A stretch of DNA of 59,713 bases, counting the filler, from Porpidia crustulata (lineage: Eukaryota), in assembly GCA_964255105.1 (NCBI GenBank). It is 7 parts of 7 records of this genome, joined end to end, with 100 filler letters (N's around TTAATTAATTAA, not from the genome) between each part and the next. Parts side by side here need not be neighbours in the genome. Positions count along the whole stretch, not along the records: positions 34,201 to 42,642 come from CAXUWE010001119.1; positions 42,743 to 51,178 come from CAXUWE010001120.1; positions 51,279 to 59,713 come from CAXUWE010001121.1; 4 more parts are not named here. The stretch is one strand, 5' to 3'. Positions 37,505-52,073 of this stretch are shown here, piece by piece (position 1 is the first letter of the stretch; every line of letters begins with the position of its first letter). Both the position numbers and the translations under genes were made by a program. The notes beneath the pieces were generated by a model. That model made no database searches, was not told where the DNA came from, and saw only the letters and a list, made by a program, of their open reading frames with translations.

Positions 37505-39269
37505 CTAGTACTGTGAAACATTATAAGTCGCCTCCAAAGCATTGTAGTGCGAAAACAGATGGTGAGGATCGTATTTTTTCTTAAGTGCATTGAGCCGTGG
37601 CAACTTCCGTTCAGTGTACCATCCCATTTGCCCTTCATCGCCGTGCCCATAGTTGACATAGACTTCGATGTTGGTGGTGCTAGCGCCGCTCGTGGGAATG
37701 AAGATGCTGCGTGCGTCACGGCCGACTCGGGAAGCGGCGGTGGCGGGGGAGCTGTTTGTGAAGCCGACGTCGAGAAGGCTGCATTTGGGAACGCGCTTGT
37801 TAGATGCTCTTCGGTGGGAACTTGCGGGGTCCTTTTGACTTACAAGCGTGCGACGGCGTTACGGTATGGATATGCGGTTGCGTCATCGGGGACCAACTCG
37901 ATGACTCGAGACGCGTACATGTCTATTGCGAGGAACGACTTGCGGAAGCTTGGGTACTCTGCGTAGACAGCGTCCATGTAGTTTACCGCGTCGATGAGGG
38001 TTAAGACGTCAATTTGGTAGAGATTCAGGCCCAAACGCTGTGGAAGTTTCCTTTGATGCAGGCGAGGGCGTCAATACCGAATTTGGACGAAGTCTCGATG
38101 TCTTTCCAGGGGATCATAGAGATGTTTTGGTCAAAGGGCCCAAGATCTATCAACGGCTGGATGAAAGCCATGCCCTTTTCTAACTGGCTAACGTAGATGA
38201 AGTTGGCGAAAATGTAGATCTGCCGGTGACGTCAACCGGCGGTATTGGGCCGTAGAGGTGCTTGGCAGGTGACTTACGCCTCCGAATGCCTCATTGTAGG
38301 CGATTGCTATGTCTATTGAGAAGGCGTCCAGTAACCTGCCAGTAAAAGATCTCGCGAACTCGTATACTGATGCGTTCTGACCAGCATGGAATCTGAAATC
38401 TGCGCTCATGGCTTGGCCGTTGTTTGTGAGCTCGTAGACCTGGTACGTGGCTGACGTGACGATGCCGAAATTGAAGCCCGCTCCTCGCATGCCCCACCAG
38501 AGGTTGGGGTGGTCGGTAGCTGAAACATTGATTAGGGAGCCAGTACCTGTCACTAGTCTGATCGATTGGAGGGCATCGATCTGGAGACCGTGCAGACCTC
38601 CGTAGGGTCCGACGCCGCCGCCGAGCGTAGCTCCAACAATCCCAACGCAGGAGCACGAGCCAACCTCGGTGAACGAATCGTTTAGAGCATGATCTTTGTA
38701 TGATGACGATGAAAAGCATCACATTGGTCGCGATTTACGTGCGGAATTCCTTTCCAGCGTCGTACAATAGTCCCGTAATGTCGGCAAAGCGAACAGACCC
38801 GCCAACTGTCATGGTGTTGGCATTTTGGTCGATAGAGACGGCGTTGAAACGGCCAGGGTCAATCTCAATCCCATTCTGGATCGTACCCAGAGTTGCTGAG
38901 TAGCCGTGCCCACCGCCGGTGCCGAGGAATGATATGTTGTGATGATAAGCGTATTCGATCTGTTCCCGAAATGGTTAGTGGTATGTCTGTATGGATTTGT
39001 TTAGATCAGCTATTACTGGTGCGGAACAAACGAACAATTTCCTTGACATCAAGATCGGTCGTTGGTTTCACGGAAATGTTATATGTTGGCGCGCTGAACG
39101 CGTTCTATCTCTGGGTAGTCTCCAGCGCATAATAGCTCTCGGATGGAAGGTGAACCACCGACGTTTTTAATAGGTGCTTCCTGAAGTATGAGCCTATTTC
39201 TGGACCTGTCTGAGAGAATACCGTCGTAATGGCGAAGAGCAGAGGCAAGACTACCCATGGGAAAACCAT
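37505..39269 (-). pseudogene. Secreted FAD-linked oxidoreductase (FAD_binding_4 plus BBE domain), disrupted
   Basis: Signal peptide MVFPWVVLPLLFAITTVFS; motifs FLGTGGGHGY, GSCSCVGIVGATLGGG, LWWGMRGAGFNFGIVT, YVNYGHGDE and KKKYDP. Lesions: TAG at codon 55 (39107-39105), non-canonical intron 2 ends, and a 1-bp frameshift at 38030-38032. Confidence 0.85.
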
Positions 39270-40960
39270 GACTTCCCAAGAATCTGAGCGTTTTTACCAG
39301 AGAATCTTCTGCGGTAAGGTGGGTAGATAGACCTTAGCGGGGGAGGAGCGCCACATCGTAGGGGTAGCAAACCATATAACTGTGGGGTCGAGCCTCAATC
39401 TCGTCCAGACTTCATGGATACTTTGGATGGTCAAGGCTTCAACGGGGTCCAAATATGAGCAATCAAAAAAAGTGATGACAGGTCGGAGAATATGCCCAAG
39501 CTTCGGTGAATTCCGGTGCTTCAGTCTGATGGTAGTCGTTGGTTGATTCGGAGTAGGCCGCTTCCGAACGATCTCACGTATGTCAAGGCGCTTACCTTAC
39601 ACAATCAATGGCCCAAGACCTTCAGCTGTAGCTGGCTCGACGGATCCACTACCTGATATGCTTTCATGCTCCTGGGGACCATCCTACACTGACTAAGACA
39701 GCCAGACGTCTGTATCGATGTGCTCGTGGCAAGGAGGGTAGCTGATTGCACAAAGGGAGTGATGCACTTTTGAGATTGGTGTGCTTTGGTGAAGATTGAC
39801 CAACTTGTGATGATGGAAATACTGGAAATGGGTCAATTCCTGAGTCTCGAGATAAGAGTAATACAAACACATAGGATTGATTCGAGGATCAGGGATTTGG
39901 TGACGAGCTTTGGTCACATAGGACAACATAGATAGACTTCCAAGGCATCGTATGTGCGTCTGCACCTGTTTCCCCTCATTTCCTATGTATCAACGAGAAA
40001 TCAATGAACGTATGTGATCAGATCTCATCTCTACCATCATCGCTCATCACCAGCCGCTTGCCCACTTTTCATGTAGCTGAAGCGCTCTTTCTATAGGACA
40101 CAGCTGCGCGCACAAACGGTTCACTAGATTTACAGACAGTCGTGCTATGGTCTGATTCTGAGGCAACAGAGGTGCTTTTCCTTGGTTCCAATGACACAGC
40201 TGCAATACTTCATAGGTGGGAGTTATGACTTAGTCATATATCAGGGGAAATACGTGTGTGACGAAGAGGACGTGGGATGAGAAACCCCCACTGACCTACG
40301 CATGTACGCTAGATATCTAACTCGGCTAGGTACATATGAAAAGGTACTAAACACTATGAACTTAAAGTCACGTTCGGTGTGCCCGCGAGTCTGAGAGTAA
40401 AATCGCTTAAAATCGGCAACTAGACGTGGACACAATAAGAATCAACATCAGAACATCGAAACTTTCGACGGGGAGCACTGTCGTCGTGAGATACGATACG
40501 TGTGCACATATTGAACACTTTGCGACATCCTGTCCTGACGATGGGACGATCTGCGTTTCCCAGCTTCCAATTGCCAGCTTCCTTCAAATCTGGACACAGA
40601 GAGAGAGGGAGATTTTAGTTCGTGATACCCTGCTTCTCAACACTTCCCACGACTAACACAGCTGATAATCATCATAGTCTGGTTGACTACTTGTTGATGG
40701 AGAAGCGGACTGTTCGTTGGGGTCCGCATCATGCAGATCTGGCTGCCGGATGCAGTTCGTGTTTCCCGCCCGAATCGATAGCGAGTACTTCTCTCAACTC
40801 CAAATCCGAGGAGAGCCGTTGTTCGTACGTCGTGGCGTTCTCCCAATGCACGGGAGATGGGCCGTTGGTGGAGGAAGTGAAAGGTTATTTGTATTAGCGA
40901 TCCATTCAAAGATGGGATAAGGGATACCGTCCAACTGTTTTAAGATTTGGACTGAAATTC

Positions 40961-41112
40961 AGATCCGATTCAAGATTGAGGTCGACCGCTTTCCCATGCT
41001 ACATGTCACCAGATCCGGATCAAGATCAATGCCGATCACTTTCCCATGCTACGTGAAATCCAGATCCGGTTCAAGATCAAGGTCGACAACCTCCCCACGC
41101 TGCGTGCCAAGA
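40961..41112 (+). repeat. Three diverged tandem copies of a 50-51 bp unit
   Basis: Units start at 40961, 41011 and 41062, with consensus about AGATCCGGTTCAAGATCAAGGTCGACCACTTTCCCATGCTACGTG. Confidence 0.85.
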
Positions 41113-41484
41113 ATGATGGGTTTCCCATTGAGTCCGGTTAGATGTCTTATCCGCCCGATAGGGAGGTCGGAAGAGATGGAGAAACTCGGCGTGCATGTGC
41201 TAGATGTGCTGTGGAGAAGGCATCGGAATCGGTCGATCTGTCGATTGGGTGAGATCTACTCTCTTGTGAGCACGGTATTATGGTGGTGGTAAGGAAGATC
41301 CTTTTAAGCAATCGTCCTACGCTTTGACAACTCCACCGCTAAACAGTAAGCTCCCTTTTTAAAATCGACTTCAGCCCCTCCACCACCTTTGCGCTCTCGG
41401 AGCCAGCGGCACGCTGTTAATCTAATTGACTTTAGGCGGTCAGTGGCTAAGAGTTTCATGCAGCCTTTGACCCCGGATTCAATC

Positions 41485-42642
41485 ATGTCGAATCCTAAGG
41501 GCGCTGTGGCTGGTGGACCCTCAGTCTCGAACCATCGTGAAACTAAGCGTGGAGCGTGCGATCGTTGTCGCGGGCAGAAACTCAGATGTTTGCGTGAGGA
41601 TCAGACGCAAGATTCTCCTCAAGCCACGTGTATCCGTTGCTTCAAAGCAGGCGCCACTTGCAGCTTTGGTATACCGAAGCGGGCCGGCAGACCTCCTGGA
41701 TCCAACGCGGCTTCATCCCAGGAGCCGAGAGAGAATGGCGGCGGAAAATTAAAACGAGGTGGGACGGTATCGAGGCCTACTGCCAATCAAAGCGGCCATG
41801 GCAGCTTTTTTGGTAGCAAGGCCAGCGAAGGGCAAGACCGGCGTGGAATTGGAGGGCGGGGCGGTGGTCGAGTGTTTGGCGAGAATTCTGCGGACCAAGT
41901 GAGTGAAGGGGAGACTGAGGATTCGACCCTGGTACATACACTGAGCCCTTCATCTCTACACGATACTTCAGATTTCTTGGGCGGAGTCGATCTCGACCTT
42001 CCCACATTTTCTGGATCCTCGACTGCATTTTTGCCCTACGCGGACGAAACACTGCCGCCACTCTACAATAACGAAGTAGGAGAGACTTCGGGCCTGGAAC
42101 CATTTGGTCCCAAGTATAGCTGGGCCCTGCACCACTATGAAGCGCAGCCCATGGACATTCAAATATCAACTGCTTCGCCAAGTATTGACTGTGAACCACC
42201 CCGAGAAGTAGGCGTCAATGCATATGTAGCGCCTGCGCAGACATACTTAACCAATGCGCAGATGTCCGGGGCGTTAGATGAAGCGATGGATCTTGACTTG
42301 CCGAGAATAAACACCAACACGGCTCCGTCCAACTCTACAATGGCTCTGAATGCTCGACGGCATCGAGCACGGGATAGAGATAGGGGAAGGGAGCGGCCAT
42401 CCGTAAATTATGGTATGAGTCCAACAGCCGGGTCCGCACTTTCCAAGGACTTGGTGGGAAAGGAAGCTGGTATCAGGTTCGATGATGAAGCTCTCTCGGT
42501 TAATGAAATTCAACACCGGCGCATGCAGGAGCTCTCTGAATTAGCAATGAATCTGTACGCGCAGTTGGCGGCCAACGGCCCCGAGAACTACCCGCCTGCG
42601 TCAGGCGGCACTACGACAGCCTTCCAGGACCAATTGGTAGGC
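41485..42642 (+). CDS. Zn(II)2Cys6 transcription factor of the pathway-specific type, 3'-truncated
   Basis: KRGACDRCRGQKLRC..CIRCFKAGATCSF..KRAGRP; start at ATG 41485 (or 41458). Confidence 0.88.
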
Positions 42643-42742
42643 NNNNNNNNNNNNNNNNNNNNNNNNNNNNNNNNNNNNNNNNNNNNTTAATTAATTAANN
42701 NNNNNNNNNNNNNNNNNNNNNNNNNNNNNNNNNNNNNNNNNN
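42643..42742. other. Artificial contig spacer
   Basis: N44-TTAATTAATTAA-N44. Confidence 0.99.
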
Positions 42743-43303
42743 GTATTGAGGGGCTCGTGTCACGTAAACTGGCATGCTCCGGTATGTCGGAAATCCGAAC
42801 TGACGCAAGGCAATATCATTGATACCGGCGGTAGACGAGGATCTTGCGCGGCGGTGGGATGCCTGCGACTGTGATGCAGAAAATGGACGGGGTGAGTTTT
42901 GAGCAGAGTTGGCCCACGATTCCTGCGTTGAAGTTGCAGAAACCGGAGAAATCAGAGAGACACATTCTGGCGGAGAAGTGGTGCTGCGTTGAATTCCTGG
43001 CCTTGTTGTCGAGATGCGTCCTGGGGGATTGTAAGTGGTAGAAAGAGCTCTTCGGTGATTTCTTCCTTCCCCCAACGTCGGCTCCAAGCACTGATCTTGG
43101 GTCCGGATCTTAGGAAGGAGATTGGGACCAAGCTGCCTGGCTGGAGATCGAGTCGGTGTGGTGGCATGGGTAAGCACGGAGTTGGGCGAAGAATGTATAG
43201 ACCATGACGATGATCCAGAGACGTTGCGGCTGTGATAGCTGGAGCTGGAGACCTCCGAGTGCGGAGGTGTTGCGGGTCGGTATGTGTAAGGTGTCAGAGG
43301 CAT
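42743..43303 (-). CDS. Hypothetical Ser/Pro-rich protein, N-terminal part
   Basis: ATG at 43303 with an open frame to the contig end; contains RSPARQLGPNLLPKIRTQDQ and FGFPTYR; about 1.1 kb of non-coding sequence upstream. Confidence 0.65.
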
Positions 43304-44436
43304 GACGTCCAGCGTGTAAATAGTAGATGTTTTCGTATAACAAGATGCTGTACAGGATTAATGGTAGATATTCAATGCTTGCGCTGATAATGATTGGAGA
43401 CCGGCTCCGTTGTCTTAGTCTATGATAAAAAGTAGAAAAATACAAAAGAGATTCGTTGACAGAAGAGATCTTTAGCCGTTTCACTCGCGTGATGGTATGA
43501 GAGAACGAGAAGGAAAGAGTCATAGTGGACATGAGCGCGATACTTATCCTTCACGAGAAGCGTGGACAGCCAGACGTGGATTTGAAACACGTCAAGAGGC
43601 TCTCATAACGTTGATGCACGAATCAATCATGAAACATGGGGAAAATATGCTAAGATATGCTGATATGGCTATCGATAATGAAAATTTGCAAGAGTTGAAA
43701 CGAGTATGTTGATGTCGCGCGTCAACGTCGACGAATCTGCTATTTTTGTGCTTGTACAACCTGATAGCTACACCAAATGCCTGGTAGCTAGATAGAGGGA
43801 GATTGGGTTGGAGTGTAATGACCGCTCGATGCTGGCAGTATGGAGCGGAAGAACGTTGGGCGTCTCACGTAACCAAGCGCCCACCTGACAAGGCAGTTCA
43901 AAACACGAGAGGTCGGTCTTCTGGCAGCCACTGCAATTTTGAGGTGTCCATAATGTCGTGGTGGTTTGGCGGTAGTTTGGTGGTGGTTTGGCGCCCAGAT
44001 GGAGGTCGACTTTGAGGTCAGCGCGTACTCGGCGTCTTGCGCGTTGATTGGCTGTTGCTCCAACGCGACCATCCATCGACCAAGTCGCCACCACGCCAAG
44101 ACGAAGGAGTCATACTGCTGCTATCATCATTGATTGGGTATGTATCATGAAGTCCTCTCGAGACTAAGGATTGAATGCTTCTGCACTATGTTTCAGCACA
44201 GTAGGTGGTGTCTCCTGAATCCTGAAAAGTAGTGCGTGGAATTGTCATCCCTCACTCCCCACTCTATATCTCCTTGTACCAAGTACCCAAGACAGAGTGC
44301 AACGCATTGCATTGATCAGCATTTTATGAAGAAGGTATGGTCTTGATGTTCAATATCACCCTTGATAATCTAGGACGCAAACACCTCGAGTAGTGCACGT
44401 ATGGTTGATGAATGCGGCATCGCCTTCACCAGCTCA

Positions 44437-46124
44437 TCATATATCAGCAGCTATGACATTAACATGCCACCAATCTGCCCAATCTACCACTTTCCTCTGC
44501 TTGCGTGCCTCCTCGGCGGCAAAAACCATCGCGTGACTCCTGACAATCTCCTCAAGAGTGCATCCAATATGAACCTTCTGCGCCTCCTCAATAGTCATGT
44601 TATGGTTCTTGACTGCATCAATAGCTTTGACATACTGCTCCGCCAGACCGGCGTCCCCGCCACCATGTCCGCCGCCTCGCTGAAGCGGATGATGGGTTTG
44701 CGTCTGCTCGGTAGCGAAATTGTATACTTTGATGGTTGTGCTATCATATTCAATCTCACCTTTACTTCCATAGATTCGACCTCTTCTTTCACACCGCTTT
44801 TCCGAGAATGCAATCATATGGAAAGTGGCCGTCTTCGCACCGCGGTCCTTTAGCCGTGCTGCCATGTCACTCTGACCATCTGCGGGTAGAGGTTCATCTT
44901 CCCACGTAATTGTCACAACTTGGTCATCGCAAACGTCGTTGTCTGACTCGTATACACAACGACCAAACCAAGGGCGGCTATCGATGTTTGCTTGCGGCGT
45001 ATGCTCATCATAATTCTCCGCTAGACGCTGCCTAAGCCTCAGCATCGCAGTCTCTTTCTGACCATTCATCATACAGTCCTCGATCTCCGGATCTACAATG
45101 TGGACGGGCCATGCTGCATGACCCTTGGCTAGATGATTATCCTCGTAGATTTTCTTGGCGCTATAGATACATTCGCGCTCAGCTGGACAATCTAAGCAGT
45201 TTGTGGCCGATCCGGCCAATGCGGGCTTCCGCGAATGTTTGAAATAATTCAAAGAGCCTGTAGATGTCACCAAACTAGGTAAATGTGGTGGTGCGGTAGA
45301 AGATGGACGGGGCGAGCACAGTAGCCAAAGTAGTAAATCAATATCATGGCATGATTTTGTCAATAAAGATGGTGCAGTCCTCGACTCTTTGCGCCAATTG
45401 CCTCTTTGGGCTGTCAGTACCACCTCAAGTGCTCCCCAATTTCAATATCTTGCGCTTACCTGACGTAGCTATGAGCAAAATGCCACCATCCGATCGGCTC
45501 CGTGTGTTCCATGGAGAGAACCTCTCCAATCACATTGTCTTCTCGTAATAGCTTTCGAAGTAGCATATTATGTGGACTGTAATGGAGTACATGACCGATT
45601 GAAAACACCTTTCCAGGGGTTTCACTACCAGCTGGCTGTAACGAGCGATAGATCCTCAGACAGTCACTCAACGTTATTGCCAATGGCTTTTCACACATGA
45701 TGTGCAGACCAAGTGGTGCGAGTGCAGTAATGATTTCTGCGTGCATCTCATCCAACGTACAAATGAAAATACCGTCTATGGGGGTAGCCACCGGTTCTCC
45801 TTTTTCAATTTTGAGCCTTCGGTACTGCTCATATTGCATAAAATTCTGCCAACTATCGAAGACTTGGTCATGACTGGGTGTATGTTTGCCCCAGATGTAT
45901 TTTCGACCAAGCGTCTCCCGTTTAAATATAATCGGATCAGCTACAGCAACAATACGTCCCTTGCCAGATATTGTAACTGCTTCGGCGTAAGCATTGCCTC
46001 TTGCCCCTGCTCCAATAATCATAAGCCTTGGAAGGGTGCTCTCCAGTAGATTATGCTTAGAATCCTTGTCAGCAATATCCTCATTCGAGAGCGTCAATTT
46101 TTTTACGATGCCAGGTATTGCCAT
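44437..46124 (-). CDS. Gfo/Idh/MocA family NAD(P)-dependent oxidoreductase (2 exons)
   Basis: Motifs IIGAGARG, HIMCEKPLA, IGHVLHYSP, HFAHSYVR|GNWR, LLTKSCHDID and GHGGGD; intron 45459-45404. Confidence 0.93.
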
Positions 46125-46454
46125 GTTGGTAAAGTAATTTCAAAGCAATCCCGTGAAATGTTGCGATATGGGACCCTTACGATTGTCGGAAGATTGGCCC
46201 TGGGAATTAGCCACTGTAGAACTGACCCATCTGCTGGTATTACTATGGGAAACGAAGCCCTGTCGACGATGCGACTACAGTGTCAATTACTGATGTGATG
46301 GAATCAGGATATGGGAGTTTTGGTGGTTGATTAGAAACTTCCGAATGCGAGCGAGGGGTGGTTCAATCTCAAATTAGACATCTCCAAATCCAATCGTCTG
46401 ATCTTTATTGGCAATTCGAATGTGTAATTTTCCAATACAAAAAAATCCCACTTC

Positions 46455-47090
46455 ATGGCTTCGGGACGCTCATACAACCCTCTTGTCTGGATAGACTGCG
46501 AGGTATGTGCTGGCATGCCGCGGATACTTTTGACTGGTTGAATCTCATGCTCTGAAAAACAGATGACTGGACTAGACCCAGACCATGATACTATCATCTC
46601 CATATCATGCTTTATCACAGATGCGCAACTCAATATGCTCGACGAGAATGGTAGGCATACAATCATCCATCACGACAAAGCAGAATTGGACGCAATGGAT
46701 GACTGGTGTACCAAAACCCACGGAGATTCTGGCCTTACAGCAGCCTCAATCCGTTCGAAAACGACACCCGAACAAGCTGCAGATGGCTTGCTCAGCTACA
46801 TCCAAAACTTCATATCAGAACAAGGCCACGGTCTACTTGCAGGCAATAGCGTTCATTGCGACAAGGCATTCCTGGTCAAGCCACCGTATGTCAAGGTGAT
46901 TGAGTACCTGCATTATCGAATTCTCGACATTAGCTCCCTCAAAGAGGCTGCGAGAAGGTGGGCGCCAGACGAATATCTGATAAGAATCCCTCCGAAGAAG
47001 ACGCTGCATCAGGCTCGTGAAGACATTTTGGAGAGCATCGAAGAAGCCAAGTTCTATCGAGAGACTTTCTTCCAAAAGCCGGCGGTATGA
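46455..47090 (+). CDS. REX2: Oligoribonuclease (DEDDh 3'-5' exonuclease), 2 exons
   Basis: Motifs MASGRSYNPLVWIDCE|MTGLD, WCTKTHGDSGL, LAGNSVHCDKAFL, LHYRILDISS and HQAREDILESIEE. Confidence 0.95.
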
Positions 47091-47379
47091 GACGACTGAA
47101 AACGCAGCAAAGTTCAACATCTGCAGTTCTGCACAATGTTGCGTCCGTAAATGGAAATCGATATTCGCATTGGCTGATTGATGGCTGAGCTCCGTGCGGA
47201 AAGACCCTGTTGTGACCTTTCTAGCCCCACCCTATTTGCCTCAACCCTTCCCCCACCAGAAAAAATCAAAGTCCTCCATATTTATTCTGGCGCCCTGCGA
47301 TCGTGCCAATTGAGTCTGCCAATTCGCACATTTCATCGAGCGTTTCCTCTCACCCTAAGATCCTCCTCTAATCATCATT

Positions 47380-49179
<1,800 letters not shown>

Positions 49180-49564
49180 TTCGATAGAATTGATTCAGCG
49201 GATGTCACGGAGGCATACAGTTGACAGGGTGGAGGATGTTTGGGTGCACATTGAATTCTAAGGCGTTGAACATAAACAGTGGGATCGCGAAAAGTAGTTG
49301 GAGATGACAAAGAACTCTTATCAAAGAGTGAAGAGTCCCTATTAATCATATTGTTAAGAGATCACCATCACCCTTAGTAATTATCACGATGATGTTCCGA
49401 TGACGCACTTTCTATACGTGTTTTCCGAACCCTGTCACGCCTGTCAACTGCTTCGCCCAGCATAGACGAGTATCAACCTACTATCGCCCTTCCAACCTCA
49501 ATCACCTCCCCTTCTGTCTCATACCTCTTTGAATCCTAATTTCCTCTCTGTACTTTCTCAAGCC

Positions 49565-50997
49565 ATGTCTAGTTCTTCCAAAGATGAGGGTGGCGGTGTT
49601 GCGCCTCAGAACAGAGGCTCCTGGACCTCTTTCCTCAAGGTCAGTAACGATAGATATCTCATACCTCGATCCGCTATCTGGCGTTTACGTCTGGCTACGA
49701 GTAGCTTGCAATGATAATATCTGACAAAAAACATAGTCGATAGCATCTTTCAACGGCGATCTCTCGTCCATGACCGCTCCGCCCTTCATCCTAGGCACCA
49801 CATCCCTTACCGAGTTCTCTGCATATTGGACTGAACATCCGTCCATCTTTGTCGCACCGGCATCGGAACCCGACCCAGCGAAGCGTGCGCTCCTAGTTTT
49901 GAAATGGTTCCTAAGTACATTGAAGCAGTCCTATGCCAGTCGAAGCGACAAGTTGGGTTCTGAAAAGAAGCCATTGAATCCCTTCCTTGGTGAACTGTTC
50001 ATAGGAAAGTGGGAAGATGAGGCTGGGATAACCAACCTTGTCTCTGAGCAAGTCAGGTAAGACTCAAGATTTATGGGGAGTACTTGAGGTACTGACTTGG
50101 ATAGTCACCATCCTCCAGTCACAGCCTATTGCATCTGGAACGACAAGCATGGCGTCAAGGTAGCTACACCTTAAGCAATACTTCTATTCAGTTGCTTATT
50201 CTCCCCAGCTACAAGGCTACAATGGCCAAAAAGCCTCCTTTTCACGTACTATCCATGTCAAACAAATCGGCCACGCCGTGTTTGAAATTGCAGATTACAA
50301 CGAGACCTACCTTATCACCCTTCCGTCCCTACACATAGAAGGTCTGATCTACGGCAACCCTTTTGTCGAGTTGAACAAATGCACCTACATCTCCTCATCC
50401 TCTGGCTACGTCGCCAAAATTGATTACTCGGGCAAAGGCTGGGTCTCCGGCAAGAAGAACTCATTCGTCGCTACCCTCTACCCCGCCAACAACGAAAAAG
50501 AAATCCTCTACACCATCGACGGCCAATGGACAGACTCCTTCACCATCCGCGAAGGAAGCAAGAAGCACGGCGCCGCCATCGACAGCTACAGCGCCAAGAC
50601 CTCCAAAATCACCCCTCTAACCGTCGCCCCCATCGAGCAGCAAGACCCGATGGAATCGTGGAAGGCCTGGCGCACCACCAAAGCCGCCATCCTCAAAGGC
50701 GACATGGACACCACCAGCACGGAAAAGAGCAAGATTGAGAACTCGCAGCGGGAGCTGCGGCGGAAGGAGCAGGCCGAGGGCCGGGAATGGCAGCGACGAT
50801 ATTTCTCGAGGTTGCCCGCCGCGGACGCCGCGTTCGACACGCTGTCGAAGCCGATCGGCGAGAAGATTGAGCTCGAGAAGACGGGTGGCGTGTGGCGGTT
50901 CGATCCGGAGAAATACAAACTGCAAGCCGCACAGGCGTCACCGTCGCAGCAGCAGCAGGCGCCACAGGCGCCACAGGCACCGCTGCGGCAGGCTTGA
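49565..50997 (+). CDS. KES1: Oxysterol-binding protein homologue (Kes1/Osh4 type), 4 exons
   Basis: Motifs [39 protein letters not shown], the OSBP signature EQVS|HHPP, and [13 protein letters not shown]. Confidence 0.93.
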
Positions 50998-51178
50998 ACT
51001 GGGTTTTTTTGGCGCGGAGGAAAGGGTCTAGTTAGAGGGCTCACGGTCGAGGTCTCGGAGGGTGATTAAAGGGTCGAATTGACGGGGGGAATGGCATGCT
51101 CGTTTTACTTCTGGATGGCTGTACGATTGATGCCGGGTTCGCTGTGGTAAAGGGGCTGGGTTTTGCAAAACCTTGTTT

Positions 51179-51278
51179 NNNNNNNNNNNNNNNNNNNNNN
51201 NNNNNNNNNNNNNNNNNNNNNNTTAATTAATTAANNNNNNNNNNNNNNNNNNNNNNNNNNNNNNNNNNNNNNNNNNNN
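51179..51278. other. Artificial contig spacer
   Basis: N44-TTAATTAATTAA-N44. Confidence 0.99.
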
Positions 51279-51713
51279 GCCGAGGTGGGGGCGGGCAGCA
51301 GGCTGAAAAACCGAAAAAAGAAAACATCCTGGACCTGACCAAATACATGGACAAGGAAATCACCGTCAAGTTCAATGGCGGCCGAGAAGGTCCGTGGCAT
51401 TCCGTGTGCTTTCCTTGCCGGTTGTGGGACAGTATGCTGATGGATGGTGGGGCACGTCTTAGTGATTGGGACGTTGAAGGGATATGATCAGCTGATGAAC
51501 TTGGTACTGGATGATGTCAAAGAATTGTTAAGAGGTGCGATTGGATACATGTAAACGGTTATACAAAGGTTGCTAATAAGTTCAGATGACGATGGTAATG
51601 AATCTTCTCGTCCGCTCGGGCTGATGGTGGCTCGTGGAACCCTGCTGGTTCTGATATCGCCCTTGGATGGCAGCGAGCAGATCGAGAATCCTTTCAACAC
51701 AGCAGAGGAGTGA
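51279..51713 (+). CDS. LSM7: Sm-like protein LSm7, 5'-truncated, 3 exons
   Basis: Reads KPKKENILDLTKYMDKEITVKFNGGRE|VIGTLKGYDQLMNLVLDDVKELLR|DDDGNESSRPLGLMVARGTLLVLISPLDGSEQIENPF; not in the ORF track. Confidence 0.95.
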
Positions 51714-52073
51714 AATATCTCGGTTCAAGTAGACTACCAACTCGACTACTACAGACATTCACGAGGTATCAGATCCAGCGAACAGTGCAGATTCAGGATA
51801 GGTATTGGCACAAGCTCGTTGGCGACAGCTCACTGGTGTCCCTCTCAAGCGGGAACCCCGAGAATCATGAGCAGCGCTAACCTCGATGACATCCCAATCA
51901 ACGGCTCAAATCTCACGAGGCACTGCGTAGCAATAAATCTGCACGGATAGAAAATTGAAAGTGATCGATTTTGGCTTTGGCCGTATGTAATGATATTTAT
52001 AGACATGAATAAATGACTGCTACGCATGATAATCTCGACAATGCGCCCTAGAACCCTCACAGCTTCGTATGCT

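Noticed and set aside
37120..37584. 154-aa + strand ORF between the AKR and the FAD oxidase
   Set aside because: Non-ATG start, no recognisable motif, and it overlaps the oxidase 3' end in antisense.
266..39107. TAG codon reassignment, suggested by three in-frame TAGs (HIR3, zinc-finger gene, FAD oxidase)
   Set aside because: The expected residues differ (Tyr, Gln/Glu, Trp), and TAG is the normal terminator of the Rds1-like, HEM14, AKR and MNN2-like genes.
46345..46454. Possible mitochondrial-targeting N-terminal extension of REX2
   Set aside because: Upstream ATGs at 46345 and 46420 are out of frame, and an in-frame TAA lies at 46425.
50526..51044. Many overlapping ORFs over the KES1 3' exon; similar shadows occur over Rds1, HIR3 and PYM, including the 186-aa + ORF at 33588
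   Set aside because: These are shadow frames caused by GC-rich codon bias of the real gene.
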